A stretch of DNA of 64,000 nt from an uncultured delta proteobacterium. GTDB taxonomy: Bacteria; Desulfobacterota; Binatia; Binatales; Binataceae. The position numbers and the translations under genes are program-made. Under the pieces are notes generated by a model that made no database searches, was not told the origin of the DNA, and saw only the letters and a program-made list of their open reading frames with translations. The stretch spans positions 1,280,001 through 1,344,000 of the forward strand of contig CAVQEQ010000003.1 of NCBI GenBank assembly GCA_963711565.1, in the 5' to 3' direction. This document shows, piece after piece, positions 8,301-18,054 of this stretch (position 1 is its first letter; each line of letters begins with the position of its first letter).

Positions 8301-10790
8301 ATGGCCCGGTATTTTGCCCGGGGAATGGTGCGGCCCACGGTGCTGGCCGTACTCATCCTCCTGATTGGGTCCGCTGTCATCCTTCCGGTCGGCCATTCGC
8401 TCCGCGCCGGCGGTGCCAACACGATAACCGTCAATACGCTGCTTGATTCGAGCGTCGCGGGTGACGGCCTGTGCAGCTTGCGCGAGGCGATCGCCAATGC
8501 CAACGCCGAGTCGGATACCACCGCGGGCGATTGCGTGGCCGGCACCGGCAACGACACGATCGCCTTCAACCTGAGCGGAACGATCACGACTGCGAGCACA
8601 CTGCCCGCGATCGCGCACACCCTCGAAGTCGATGGCACCGGCCAGACGATCACTATTGATGGTGCCAGTACGCATGCAGTCCTCGTGAACTTCGCGGGCG
8701 CGCTCACATTGAACAACCTGACGATTGCCGACGGCAATTCGAGCGCCAACGGCGCAGGCGTAATCAACGACGGCAGCTTGACCGTCACCGCGTCGACCTT
8801 CCTTGCGAACACGGCAGTGGATGGCGGCGCCATCCTCAATTTCACCGGCGGCACATTGACCGTTACCAATTCCACCTTTTCGGGCAACGCAGCGGCCGCA
8901 GGCGGCGCTATCTACAGCGATCACGGCGGGACCGTCACCAACTGCACTTTCTCGAACAACAGTGCTACGGGCTCAGGCGCGGCAATCTTCGCCAATGGCG
9001 GCACGATCCAGATTGTGAACTCGATCCTGGCGAACAGCACCGGCACGAATTGCGGCTCGCAGAGCACCGGCGTCATCGGCAACGGCGGCTTCAATATCTC
9101 GGACGACGGTTCGTGCGATTTCGGGAGTAGCACCGGATTCAACGACGATACGCTCGGCGATAACGTCCTGCCGCTGCTCGACCCCGGCGGGCTGCAGAAT
9201 AACGGCGGATCGACTGAGACAATCGCGTTGCAACCTGACAGTCCGGCGATCGACGCGATCCCGATTGCCGATTGCCCGCCGACCGATCAGCGCGGCGATC
9301 CCCGGCCCGCCCCCGGCGATACCAGCGGCGGATGCGATATTGGCGCATTCGAATTGATGCAGCCCTCGCCGACGCCGACAGCGACAGCCACGGCGACGCC
9401 GACCGTCACAGCTACCGCCACCGCAACCGCAACCGTCACACCGACGCCCACGGCGACGAGCACTTCGACTCCTACGGCCACAGCAACCGCGACTGCTACA
9501 TCGACGGCGACGGTCACTCCCACGGCAACGGCGACGGCGACCGCAACGCCGACAGCGACTGTGACTGCTACGCCGACTGCCACCGCAACCGTGACTGCAA
9601 CGATTACGGCGACTCCGACTGCGTCGCCCACTCCCAAACCGCCGCCGCCGCCGAAACTCACCATCTCGCCCGCCTCGATTAGCTTCGGCAACGTCAAGAC
9701 GGGGAGCGCTCCGATCAAATCGATCACGCTTCACAACAAGAGCAAGACCAACGATCTGGTTACGGCGCCGGTTGTCAGCGGAGAATACTTCAGCCTCGCG
9801 AGCAACGGTTGCACGGCCGGAGTGCCGCCGGACGGGACCTGCAAGATCGGCGTGAGCTTTGCCCCTCTGGCCAAGGGCAAGAAGTTCACCGGCAGCCTGA
9901 CCTTTACCGATCAATCGAAGAAGAACAGTCACGAGATAAAGCTCAAGGGCAAAGGTGTCAGCACTCCGACGCCGAAGCCGACGCCCACGCCAACGTCCAC
10001 ACCGACGCCATCCGCGACCGTCACGCCGACCGGCACCGTGACTACGACGCCGAGTCCCACGATTACCCTCGGCATCACTCCGAGTGCCACGGCAACCAGC
10101 AGCGCGTCGCCGACCGCGACGGCAACTTCGACGACGCTCGCGACACCGACCCCGACTGCTACGTCAACCGCGACATATACGCTCACCAGTATTTCGGAAA
10201 CGATTTCGGGCTTTGTCGATTTGAACAACCCAGGCGCCACGCCCAACCCGGTTCAGACGACGCAGGCAGTCGCGGTCTCGACGCCTTCATTCACCGACAG
10301 CATCAGCGTGAGCGACACTAACGTGGTTATATCGGGATCGGCGTCCGCGTCGCAGAATTCTGAGGCCGAAGGCACGACGATTTCAGCCGATGAATCCGCG
10401 ACCGCCGACGCGGATCTATCGCTGTGTCCCGGGCCAACATCGCTGTGCACCGCCGAGAACCAGGGCATCACGGAGCTCGACGCGGAATTTTGCATTGCGT
10501 CGGACACGACCTATTCGCTGACTGGTTCGGTCCAAGCGACCGCAAGTGAGGATCTCGGCAACATCTCCGGCGTCGGAGTTGTGAGCCTGGAAACCGTCGG
10601 CCCGTCGCCGATCTCCCTGGTCAGTGAGCAGGCCACCAATGGCGAAGACGTTCCGATATCGTTGAGCCTGCCGCTGTCCGCGGGGTGCTACGACATGAGC
10701 GTCGAGGTATTTGCCGACGCGCTCCCCAGTGGAACAGGCGCCGGCAGCGTATCGGCAAGCTGCAACGTCCTGCTGAGTCCGTCACCGTAG
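8301..10790 (+). CDS. CSLREA-domain secreted protein with beta-helix, choice-of-anchor Q and D domains, and two Thr/Pro linkers
   Basis: ITVNTLLD...GLCSLREAIANAN, GGAI repeats, LQNNGG.T.TIAL..SPAID...TDQRG...CDIGAFE. Start uncertain (8238, 8301 or 8325). Confidence 0.85.
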   Translation: MARYFARGMVRPTVLAVLILLIGSAVILPVGHSLRAGGANTITVNTLLDSSVAGDGLCSLREAIANANAESDTTAGDCVAGTGNDTIAFNLSGTITTASTLPAIAHTLEVDGTGQTITIDGASTHAVLVNFAGALTLNNLTIADGNSSANGAGVINDGSLTVTASTFLANTAVDGGAILNFTGGTLTVTNSTFSGNAAAAGGAIYSDHGGTVTNCTFSNNSATGSGAAIFANGGTIQIVNSILANSTGTNCGSQSTGVIGNGGFNISDDGSCDFGSSTGFNDDTLGDNVLPLLDPGGLQNNGGSTETIALQPDSPAIDAIPIADCPPTDQRGDPRPAPGDTSGGCDIGAFELMQPSPTPTATATATPTVTATATATATVTPTPTATSTSTPTATATATATSTATVTPTATATATATPTATVTATPTATATVTATITATPTASPTPKPPPPPKLTISPASISFGNVKTGSAPIKSITLHNKSKTNDLVTAPVVSGEYFSLASNGCTAGVPPDGTCKIGVSFAPLAKGKKFTGSLTFTDQSKKNSHEIKLKGKGVSTPTPKPTPTPTSTPTPSATVTPTGTVTTTPSPTITLGITPSATATSSASPTATATSTTLATPTPTATSTATYTLTSISETISGFVDLNNPGATPNPVQTTQAVAVSTPSFTDSISVSDTNVVISGSASASQNSEAEGTTISADESATADADLSLCPGPTSLCTAENQGITELDAEFCIASDTTYSLTGSVQATASEDLGNISGVGVVSLETVGPSPISLVSEQATNGEDVPISLSLPLSAGCYDMSVEVFADALPSGTGAGSVSASCNVLLSPSP

Positions 10791-10799
10791 CAGCGCGCG

Positions 10800-12935
10800 T
10801 CAATGGCTCCAGGAGCGGGCGCAGCTTAGGATGTCGATCTGGGCGCCGTTTTCTACTGCGCGGTATTTTTCCAGATAGCTCGAATCGATTTGCTTGAGTG
10901 CCGGAGGCTCGCGCCGGCGCCATCGATTGCACGCGCCCGGGCCGCCGTTGTAGCCGGCATACGCCGAGCGCGCCAGATGACTCGCGATCGGCACCGGATC
11001 GAACTTCGGTTGCGCGGCCGACGCGTACTGCATCATCCGCGCGAGAATCTCGCAGCCGGCGCCCGCGTTGTAGAGCACGTCCCACTTGAGGCGCTCGATA
11101 TCGTAGAAGCCGCGCCAGACGTGCTTGTTCACCTGCATCAGGCCGATGTCGCCGGTAGCGGACTCGAGCCATCGGATGCGCGCGCCGTCAGTCACGAATT
11201 GGCGCCAGCAGCTTTCCTGCCACGCGGTGCTGAGCACGAGCGCGAGGTAGGTCTGCGCGTTGTCGGCAGCGACTCCGCCTTCGCCGAGTTGGTGCTCGGC
11301 GCTGAGTTTCAGCAGCATGCCCATGTCGATCCGGTAGGCGTCGGCGTTCGCTTCGTTGACGACAAGACGGTAGAGGCGATTGGCGACATTCTGCAGGCGA
11401 GGCATCAGCGCGGTGTCGCTCTCTTCGGCGGCGTCGGCATCAGGCGGTGAGAGAAGGGCCAGCAACCTGAGCGATAGCCCCGAGAGAGCAGAACCCTCAC
11501 CTGCCTCGCTGCGCGAGGCCGCCTCTCCCGTAAAATAACGGGCGAGGTAATTTCGGAACAATCGCGCGCTGGGGGCAGGCGTCGGAGTTGGTGTGGGGAC
11601 GCCTGTCGTGCTTGCGCCTGGAGATGCGGCGGGAGTTGAGGGCGGGATGTCTTCTTCTTCGATTGGGTGGTGGCTGGCCGGTGGCTCCGGGACCGCGAAA
11701 AGTTTTTTCAGGTCGCGATCTTCGCCGTAGTTGAACTGAAGCGGATCGGCGGTCGCGGTTGGCGCCATGATATGCGCGAGGCGGCGGAGGTCGGCCGCCG
11801 AGATGCGCACACCCAGCGCGGGCGCGGCCTGGTCGAGCGCAAATAACGCGTCGCCGGCCGAGATGAACGACATGAATTCGAGCGCGCGCGCTCCAAGCAT
11901 CCCGCGCTGCGCCGCCGCGCGGACCGCGTCGTGCAACTGGGTCCATTCGTCGAGGAACAAGAGGCGCACCGGATCGGGCCCAGCCGCGGCCGACGGATTG
12001 TTCAGCGCCTCGACTAGGCGGTAGCGGCTGTCGAGCAGGATTTGCAGCAACTGATCGCGGAACTGCTGGTCGCCGACCGCGCCGCCAAGCTGCTTGATCG
12101 AAAAAACCATGAACGCGTCCCATTGATCGAGCGTGTCCTGGAAGGCTTTGAGTTCAGCCGGCGTGGGCGAAGACGCAGCGCCGGGAATCGCGGTCGAGGC
12201 CGGCACGTCGGGGACGGTCATCACAAGCGTGACGCGGATACCGTCGTCGAGGGCGGCGATATTCGGCTCGGCGGTGAGGCTCGCGACCGCGGCGCGCACG
12301 CGATAGGCGGCATCAGGCGGAACCGAATCGGCGATCATCGCGGCGAGCTGCTGAACAGCGGGATTGAGATCGTAAGAAAAATCGTCGAGCCGCGGAATCA
12401 GGTAACCCTTGATCAGGTCGAAGCCCTGGCCGACGAGCACCGTTTTCTGATGGGCGGAATCGAAGACATTCAAATCGGTGAAATGAAATTTGAGCTGGAG
12501 GCCGGGCGCGATGTAGGGCACGCCGAGCGCCTGCACGATGCCGCTCCATTGGACGGCGTTCAGGCATCGCGAGCCCATCGCGACGCCCAGGCTGAGACTG
12601 TTGGCGGTCTCCAGTTGCACGGTCGCGGCGCCGCCCGCGGTCGCGCGCGCAAATTCCGGATTCTCGGCGTACAGAAACTGGCAGTCGTCGAGGCCGTTCC
12701 AAAGCTCGGCGCGTCCGCCGGGCGCCGTGTAGAGTTTGCGCTTCAACGCCTCGCGCAAAGTGATGTAGTCGATGGTGAGCGGAATGCGAACCTGCGATGC
12801 GCGCGCGCGAGCTGGGCGTGCGATGAAGATCACGACGATCGCGGTGACGATTATCCACAACCTGACCCCTGACCTCCTGGCTCGAGTGAAGCGAAATAAT
12901 CGCGGACAGAAGCGGGATCGGTCGGGGATATTCAT
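10800..12935 (-). CDS. Exported protein with a C-terminal SLT lytic transglycosylase domain
   Basis: TAWQESCW (catalytic ES), GDIGLMQVN, YNAGAG and AYAGYNGGP, plus an N-terminal hydrophobic segment. Start codon uncertain. Confidence 0.8.
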   Translation of the reverse strand: MNIPDRSRFCPRLFRFTRARRSGVRLWIIVTAIVVIFIARPARARASQVRIPLTIDYITLREALKRKLYTAPGGRAELWNGLDDCQFLYAENPEFARATAGGAATVQLETANSLSLGVAMGSRCLNAVQWSGIVQALGVPYIAPGLQLKFHFTDLNVFDSAHQKTVLVGQGFDLIKGYLIPRLDDFSYDLNPAVQQLAAMIADSVPPDAAYRVRAAVASLTAEPNIAALDDGIRVTLVMTVPDVPASTAIPGAASSPTPAELKAFQDTLDQWDAFMVFSIKQLGGAVGDQQFRDQLLQILLDSRYRLVEALNNPSAAAGPDPVRLLFLDEWTQLHDAVRAAAQRGMLGARALEFMSFISAGDALFALDQAAPALGVRISAADLRRLAHIMAPTATADPLQFNYGEDRDLKKLFAVPEPPASHHPIEEEDIPPSTPAASPGASTTGVPTPTPTPAPSARLFRNYLARYFTGEAASRSEAGEGSALSGLSLRLLALLSPPDADAAEESDTALMPRLQNVANRLYRLVVNEANADAYRIDMGMLLKLSAEHQLGEGGVAADNAQTYLALVLSTAWQESCWRQFVTDGARIRWLESATGDIGLMQVNKHVWRGFYDIERLKWDVLYNAGAGCEILARMMQYASAAQPKFDPVPIASHLARSAYAGYNGGPGACNRWRRREPPALKQIDSSYLEKYRAVENGAQIDILSCARSWSH
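11494..11549. repeat. Family 1 REP-like element inside a coding sequence
   Basis: ccctcacct-gcctcgc tgc gcgaggc-cgcctctcccgt aaaata acgggcgaggta has the same layout as the intergenic copies at 749-790 and 803-852. Confidence 0.75.
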
Positions 12936-13095
12936 GAATTGATGGTTTTGGTCACGCACGCGACTTGTTGCGCGTGCATCCGCCGCGCACTGGTGCCACG
13001 AGTCAACTATTATGGCAACTCTGCTTGTCCTTGAAAGCGGTTGTAGCGCTGATGATAATCGAATCAGATCAATCACCGAACTTTAGGTAAGCCCG

Positions 13096-13611
13096 ATGAG
13101 TACTGAACGTCAGGCAGACTTTTACGAAGCGGAACCGCCCCAGGCATCGCGCGAACTGGCTAAGCTGCGCGCGTCGAGCGACTACGTGGCGCCCTTCGAG
13201 ATCGTGCGGCGGCGGGTGATCGACGACGTTTACGACGGCAAGATGACCGTCGATGCGACCCTCATCATAAGGATCGGCGACGTCGAGGAAACCGAAGCGG
13301 CGTCCGGCGTCGGCGTGTTGCATGCGCTCGACGTCGCGCTGCGCAAGGCGCTGCTGAAATATTTTCCGTACCTTGAGCCGGTGAAAGTGATCGAAACCTA
13401 CCAGCATGCGACCGGCGCTTCGACCGAGGCGGACGTTGTGTCGGTGAAGAAATTTGCCGACGGCGATCTGGTGTGGACGACGCTGGCCAAGTCGTCGAAC
13501 ACGATGGAGGCGGCGTGGGTCTCGCTGATCGACGGTTACGAGTGGCGAATTGTCCAGGAGAAGGCGCGGCTGCGCCGGCTGCAGGCGAATCCAAGGTGGT
13601 CGAAGCGCTGA
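13096..13611 (+). CDS. Stand-alone LeuA/CimA-type allosteric (regulatory) domain protein
   Basis: ATLIIRIGD...AASGVGVLHALDVALRKAL..FP.L..VK...WTT...S.N..EAAW.SL.DGYE resembles the C-terminal domain of citramalate/isopropylmalate synthases. Confidence 0.75.
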   Translation: MSTERQADFYEAEPPQASRELAKLRASSDYVAPFEIVRRRVIDDVYDGKMTVDATLIIRIGDVEETEAASGVGVLHALDVALRKALLKYFPYLEPVKVIETYQHATGASTEADVVSVKKFADGDLVWTTLAKSSNTMEAAWVSLIDGYEWRIVQEKARLRRLQANPRWSKR

Positions 13612-13615
13612 CCCG

Positions 13616-14044
13616 ATGAGTGCGGACGAGCAAGCGGCGAGCGGCGGCAAGGCGTCGGCGGGCAAGCTGGCGATTTTGTACGACGGCTCGTGCGAGATGT
13701 GCCGCGCGAGCCTCGACGGCATCCGGCAATTCGACAACTCGGGGAAGATGGAGCCGCTCGATCTTAATCAGGAGGACGTGCGCGCGCAGTTTCCCGAATT
13801 GAAGCTGGAAAATCTGCTCGAAGAGTTGCACGCGGTGGACGAGAGCGGGCGGGTCTATCGCGGTGCGCGGGCGATCAACGAGATTCTGCGGCGGCAGCGC
13901 GGGCTCAAGGGCTACCTCGCGTACCTGTGGTACGTGCCGGGCTACGCGTGGCTCGCGGATCGGCAGTACAAGCGGATCGCGGCGTCGCGATACTCACGCG
14001 ACGCGCGCGGCCGGCTGAAGGGGCAGGCAGTCGAGGAGCATTAG
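13616..14044 (+). CDS. DCC1-like thiol-disulfide oxidoreductase (DUF393)
   Basis: ILYDGSCEMC (DxxCxxC), G..YRGARAI, and Y..IA..RY. Confidence 0.85.
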   Translation: MSADEQAASGGKASAGKLAILYDGSCEMCRASLDGIRQFDNSGKMEPLDLNQEDVRAQFPELKLENLLEELHAVDESGRVYRGARAINEILRRQRGLKGYLAYLWYVPGYAWLADRQYKRIAASRYSRDARGRLKGQAVEEH

Positions 14045-14063
14045 CAGCTCTCCGGTTTTTCAG

Positions 14064-14810
14064 TTACATCGCAAGTCCGCCATCTACCTGGATCACTGCG
14101 CCCGTAATGTATGCTGCGGCGTCGGTCAGCAGGAATGCGGCCATCGGCACCACGTCTTCGACCTTGCCGAAGCGGCCCAGCGGGATCATCGTGAGCGCCT
14201 GCGCGCGATTCTCTTCGGGCAGCGAGGCGGTCATGTCGGTCTCGATGAATCCGAGCGCCAGTGCGTTGACGCGGACGCCCAGCCGCCCTACTTCCTTCGC
14301 CACGGATTTCGTAAGCCCGATCAGTCCCGCCTTCGCCGCCGAATAGTTCGCCTGCCCCGGCAATCCGATAAGCCCGCTGACCGAGGTGATATTGAGAATC
14401 GAGCCGCGCTTCGCCTTCATCATCATGAACGCCGCCGCGCGCGCGAAATTAAACGCACCCGTTAGATTGACGCGGATGACTTCGTTCCAGTCCTCTTCCG
14501 ACATCATCACGAACACTTTGTCGCGCGTCATGCCGGCGTTGTTGACCAGACCGTCGATTTGCCCGAATTCCTTCTTGGTCGCGTTAACCATCTCGCGCAC
14601 GCTCTTGAGGTCGCCGACATCGACCTTGTACGCGAGCGCCTTCACGCCGAGCGTTTCGATTTCGGTTTTGAGATCGGCCGCATTCTGATCGCTCTTGAGG
14701 TAGTTGAACGACACGTTGGCGCCGCGCCGCGCGACTTCAAGCGCGATCGCCCGGCCGATTCCGCGCGTCGCGCCGGTGACGATAACTCCGCGCCCTTCGA
14801 GGTCTTTCAT
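14064..14810 (-). CDS. fabG: 3-oxoacyl-ACP reductase (SDR)
   Basis: TGATRGIG, NNAGMTRD, GQANYSAAKAG, GFIETDMT and VDGG motifs. Confidence 0.85.
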   Translation of the reverse strand: MKDLEGRGVIVTGATRGIGRAIALEVARRGANVSFNYLKSDQNAADLKTEIETLGVKALAYKVDVGDLKSVREMVNATKKEFGQIDGLVNNAGMTRDKVFVMMSEEDWNEVIRVNLTGAFNFARAAAFMMMKAKRGSILNITSVSGLIGLPGQANYSAAKAGLIGLTKSVAKEVGRLGVRVNALALGFIETDMTASLPEENRAQALTMIPLGRFGKVEDVVPMAAFLLTDAAAYITGAVIQVDGGLAM

Positions 14811-14819
14811 CTTGTGCTC

Positions 14820-15386
14820 CTAAGTTGAGGCGGCGTCCGCCGCGGCCATCTCGCGCTCGAGCGTCGGACGGTACTGAGCGATGTACGACAGATAATTATA
14901 TCCGAAGCTGCGCTCAAGCTCGGCGTTATACTTCGGCGCGTCGGCGCCAAGGTCCTTCGCCAGCCACGTCAGCACCATCCACTCCTCGGAGCGCGGCGCC
15001 TTGCGCAACGCGTCGCGCCGCAGCATCACCTGCATGAGAGTGACGCCCGCGATATGCGCCAGCAGCGGGATCATCTCGCTCTCGTTGTTCTGCATCTCGT
15101 CGCGTGCAAACAGGTTCACCGAGTAGATGAGCATCGTCGCGATACACTTCGCGACCGAGTCGGGCGTCGCGCGATCGCAATACATGCTAAGCGGACCCTT
15201 GGGCGAAAGCGCGTACGCGAGGAAGTCGGCGTTGGCGTCGATAATCGTCGAGATGAACTGAACGGCGCGCGGCGAGCCCGCTTCGGCCAGGCGTGCGCGC
15301 GTCGCGTCGAGGCCAGGCTTCGCCAGCCGCCGCATGAAGCGCCGGCGCGCCGGAGACAGCCAGTAGAGCAATCCGGAGAGCATCAT
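14820..15386 (-). CDS. Hypothetical protein
   Basis: ORF with host-like codon usage starting at MMLSGLLYWL downstream of the iscA terminator and ending 9 nt before fabG. Confidence 0.65.
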   Translation of the reverse strand: MMLSGLLYWLSPARRRFMRRLAKPGLDATRARLAEAGSPRAVQFISTIIDANADFLAYALSPKGPLSMYCDRATPDSVAKCIATMLIYSVNLFARDEMQNNESEMIPLLAHIAGVTLMQVMLRRDALRKAPRSEEWMVLTWLAKDLGADAPKYNAELERSFGYNYLSYIAQYRPTLEREMAAADAAST

Positions 15387-15412
15387 CGATCCAGTTAACA
15401 CGCCCTTTGCTG

Positions 15413-15444
15413 AAAAGAAAAAGGCCGCCCGGTGAAGGCGGCCT
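15413..15444 (-). terminator. Rho-independent terminator after iscA
   Basis: Hairpin aggccgcc/ggcggcct followed on the minus strand by TTTTTCTTTT. Confidence 0.75.
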
Positions 15445-15468
15445 CGCAAATCAATCCGTTTGGTAGAT

Positions 15469-15900
15469 CTAAGCGCTGAACGACGACCCGCATCCGCAGG
15501 TGCGGCTCGCGCGCGGATTGTCAAAACGGAATCCCGCGCCATGCAGCCCCTCGACGTAGTCGAGCGTAGTGCCCGCGATGTACGGCAGCGAAATCTCGTC
15601 GACCAACACCAGGACGCCGTCGAAATTCGTTACGCGGTCGTCTTCCTTCTTCGTGTCGAAGTTGAGCGAGTACTGAAAGCCCGAGCATCCGCCGCCGACC
15701 ACGCCGATTCGCATCCCATGCTCGGCGCTGAGGCCTTCCTTCGCGTGCATCTTGCGGACCATCTCGATCGCTTTGGGCGTCAGCTTGACGTCAGGGAGCG
15801 ACGCGATATCAACCGGCTGAGCCGGCGCATTCTGCTCGACGCGCTCGTGCTCATGACCATGATCGTGCCCGTGATGCTCGATATTAAGTCCGTCAGCCAT
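15469..15900 (-). CDS. iscA: HesB/IscA A-type Fe-S carrier with His-rich N-terminal extension
   Basis: GGGCSGFQY and FDNPRASRTCGCGSSF motifs. N-terminus contains EHHGHDHGHEHE. Confidence 0.9.
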   Translation of the reverse strand: MADGLNIEHHGHDHGHEHERVEQNAPAQPVDIASLPDVKLTPKAIEMVRKMHAKEGLSAEHGMRIGVVGGGCSGFQYSLNFDTKKEDDRVTNFDGVLVLVDEISLPYIAGTTLDYVEGLHGAGFRFDNPRASRTCGCGSSFSA

Positions 15901-16044
15901 TTTCGGTAGAAACCTCCAGTAAGCAGCGCTCACGACTCGCTCCTGCGCTGTATCAAGAACCTAATCATAGCAAATAGTCGAGTCAATGTATCCACAATTA
16001 TCCGCGCGAAAAGCCCAGCCGAATGCTAGCGTTTTGGCATCAAG

Positions 16045-17154
16045 ATGGACCCCCTGCGTGAAACTCTGACGCGCGTCGCGAACGAGCTGGGATTCGTTCT
16101 CGTTGGATTCGCGCGGCTGCGTCCACTGAGCGAGCACGAGGACTTTTATCGCCGGTGGCTCGCAGACGGCGGCAACGCGTCGATGACGTACCTCGCGCGG
16201 GAGCCCGAGCGGCGGCTCGACCCGCGCCAGCTCGACGCGCGCTACAGGTCGGTCGTGAGTCTCGGCTATCCGTACGCGGCGCGCGCGACGCCCGAGGTCG
16301 ATTGGCGCGCCGAGATGCGCGGCAGGATCGCGGCGTACGCGCTCGGGCGCGACTATCACGACGTGGTGAAGAAGCGGGCGCGCGCGGTCGGCAATGTCAT
16401 CCGGCAACTGCGTCCCGGCTCGACGACGCGGACGTACGTGGACACCGGGCCGGTCTTCGAGCGTGAATGGGCGTCGGCTTCGCGCATCGGATGGTTCGGC
16501 AAGAACACGATGATTCTGAATCGCGAGCACGGTTCGTACTTTTTTCTCGCCGAGATTTTCACCGATGTGGAATTCGACGCGACGACGGAGCCGTATCGCG
16601 AGCATTGCGGGTCGTGCCGGCGATGCCTCGACCTCTGTCCAACAGGCGCGCTCGCCGACGGCTACGTGATGCGCTCGGATCTGTGCATCTCGTATCAGAC
16701 GATCGAAAATCGCGGAGCGATTCCGCGCGAACTGCGGCCGAAGATCGGCAACTGGATCTTCGGGTGCGACATCTGCAACAACGTTTGTCCCTGGAACGAC
16801 GATCATGCGTCCGACGACAGCGCCGATGACCTGCTGCCGCGATTGCCCGAGCTGCTCGCGCTCGACGACGAACAGTTCGGCATCCGCTTCACGGTGAGCG
16901 CGGTGAAGCGCGCCAAGCGGCGCGGGCTGCTGCGCAACGTTGCGGTCGCGCTCGGCAACACGCGAAATCCCGACGCAATTGCGCCGCTCGCACGCGCGAT
17001 TGAAACGGAGTCCGAGCCGCTGATTCGCTCGCACGCCGCATGGGCGCTCGGCGAGATCGGAGGAGCCACGGCGCGGCGCGCACTCGAGCGCGCACTCCGC
17101 GACCGCGATACCGCGGTGCGTCGAGAAGCCGCGGCCGCGCTCGAAACAAACTGA
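16045..17154 (+). CDS. queG: tRNA epoxyqueuosine(34) reductase
   Basis: IAAYALGRDYH, VDTGPVFER, CGSCRRCLDLCPTGA, CISYQTIE, FGCDICNNVCPWN and C-terminal HEAT repeats. Confidence 0.95.
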   Translation: MDPLRETLTRVANELGFVLVGFARLRPLSEHEDFYRRWLADGGNASMTYLAREPERRLDPRQLDARYRSVVSLGYPYAARATPEVDWRAEMRGRIAAYALGRDYHDVVKKRARAVGNVIRQLRPGSTTRTYVDTGPVFEREWASASRIGWFGKNTMILNREHGSYFFLAEIFTDVEFDATTEPYREHCGSCRRCLDLCPTGALADGYVMRSDLCISYQTIENRGAIPRELRPKIGNWIFGCDICNNVCPWNDDHASDDSADDLLPRLPELLALDDEQFGIRFTVSAVKRAKRRGLLRNVAVALGNTRNPDAIAPLARAIETESEPLIRSHAAWALGEIGGATARRALERALRDRDTAVRREAAAALETN

Positions 17155-17214
17155 TCGCGGGCGCTTGTCAAAGCGTCGGCGCAAAGCAAGACTGTTACGA
17201 ACGGTGCCCACGCG

Positions 17215-18039
17215 ATGAACGATGCACGACGGGAATTTGCGACGCTGGCGGCGAAAGAGCCGGTGCCATTGGCGCGCGGCGCGCTGCTGATCGCGAAAGA
17301 GGAGTATCCCAACCTCGACGTCGACGAGTACCTCGACAAGATCGCGACGCTGGCGCGCGAGGCTGAGCCGATCGTGCGCGCGGGCGAGGACACCGTCGAG
17401 CGCGTGCAGCTGCTGTCGCATTTTCTGTTCGAGCTGAAGGGCTTCGAGGGCGACCCCGAGAACCTCAACGATCCGCGCAACTCGTTTCTGAACGACGTGA
17501 TCAATCGGCGGCTCGGAATTCCGATCTCGCTCTCGGTGGTCTATCTCGAAGTCGGCCGCCGGCTCGGCATCAATCTCTACGGCGTTTCATTTCCGATGCA
17601 TTTCCTGGTCAAGGCGGTCGATGAACGCGGGGAGTTGATCATCGACCCCTTCGTCGGTGGAAAAATTCTCGCGCTCGACGAGATTCGCGCGCGCCTCACG
17701 CAAATTTACGGACAGCCGGTCGAGTTGAATCCCGCGATGCTGAAGGCGCGCGGCGCGCGTCACATCCTGGCGCGGATGCTGCGCAACCTGAAGATCATTT
17801 ATATGGGCGCGTCGGACTGGATGCGCGCGCTCGCCGCGCTCGATCGAATCATCATGCTCGAGCCGCGCTCTCTGGATGAGTTAGTCGAGCGCGGCGGCCT
17901 GTTCGAGCGGTTAGAATGCTTCAAGCCGGCGCTCGACGACTACCAGAGTTTTCTTTCGCAGGCGCCGGAGCATCCCGCGGCCGAGTCGGCGCGCGAAGCC
18001 GTCCTGCGCCTTATCCGCCAAGTCGCGCTGATTAACTGA
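17215..18039 (+). CDS. SirB1 family protein (transglutaminase-like plus TPR)
   Basis: DPRNSFLNDVI.RRLGIPISLS, GVSFP.HFLV, IDPF.GG and ILARMLRNLK. Confidence 0.9.
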   Translation: MNDARREFATLAAKEPVPLARGALLIAKEEYPNLDVDEYLDKIATLAREAEPIVRAGEDTVERVQLLSHFLFELKGFEGDPENLNDPRNSFLNDVINRRLGIPISLSVVYLEVGRRLGINLYGVSFPMHFLVKAVDERGELIIDPFVGGKILALDEIRARLTQIYGQPVELNPAMLKARGARHILARMLRNLKIIYMGASDWMRALAALDRIIMLEPRSLDELVERGGLFERLECFKPALDDYQSFLSQAPEHPAAESAREAVLRLIRQVALIN

Positions 18040-18054
18040 CGCGCGACATCATAG

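Noticed and set aside
4770-10790. tRNA-anchored genomic island
   Set aside because: No integrase and no duplicated tRNA 3' end were found in the window.
12851-12859. Isolated TTATCCACA
   Set aside because: It is a single match inside a coding region and is expected by chance.
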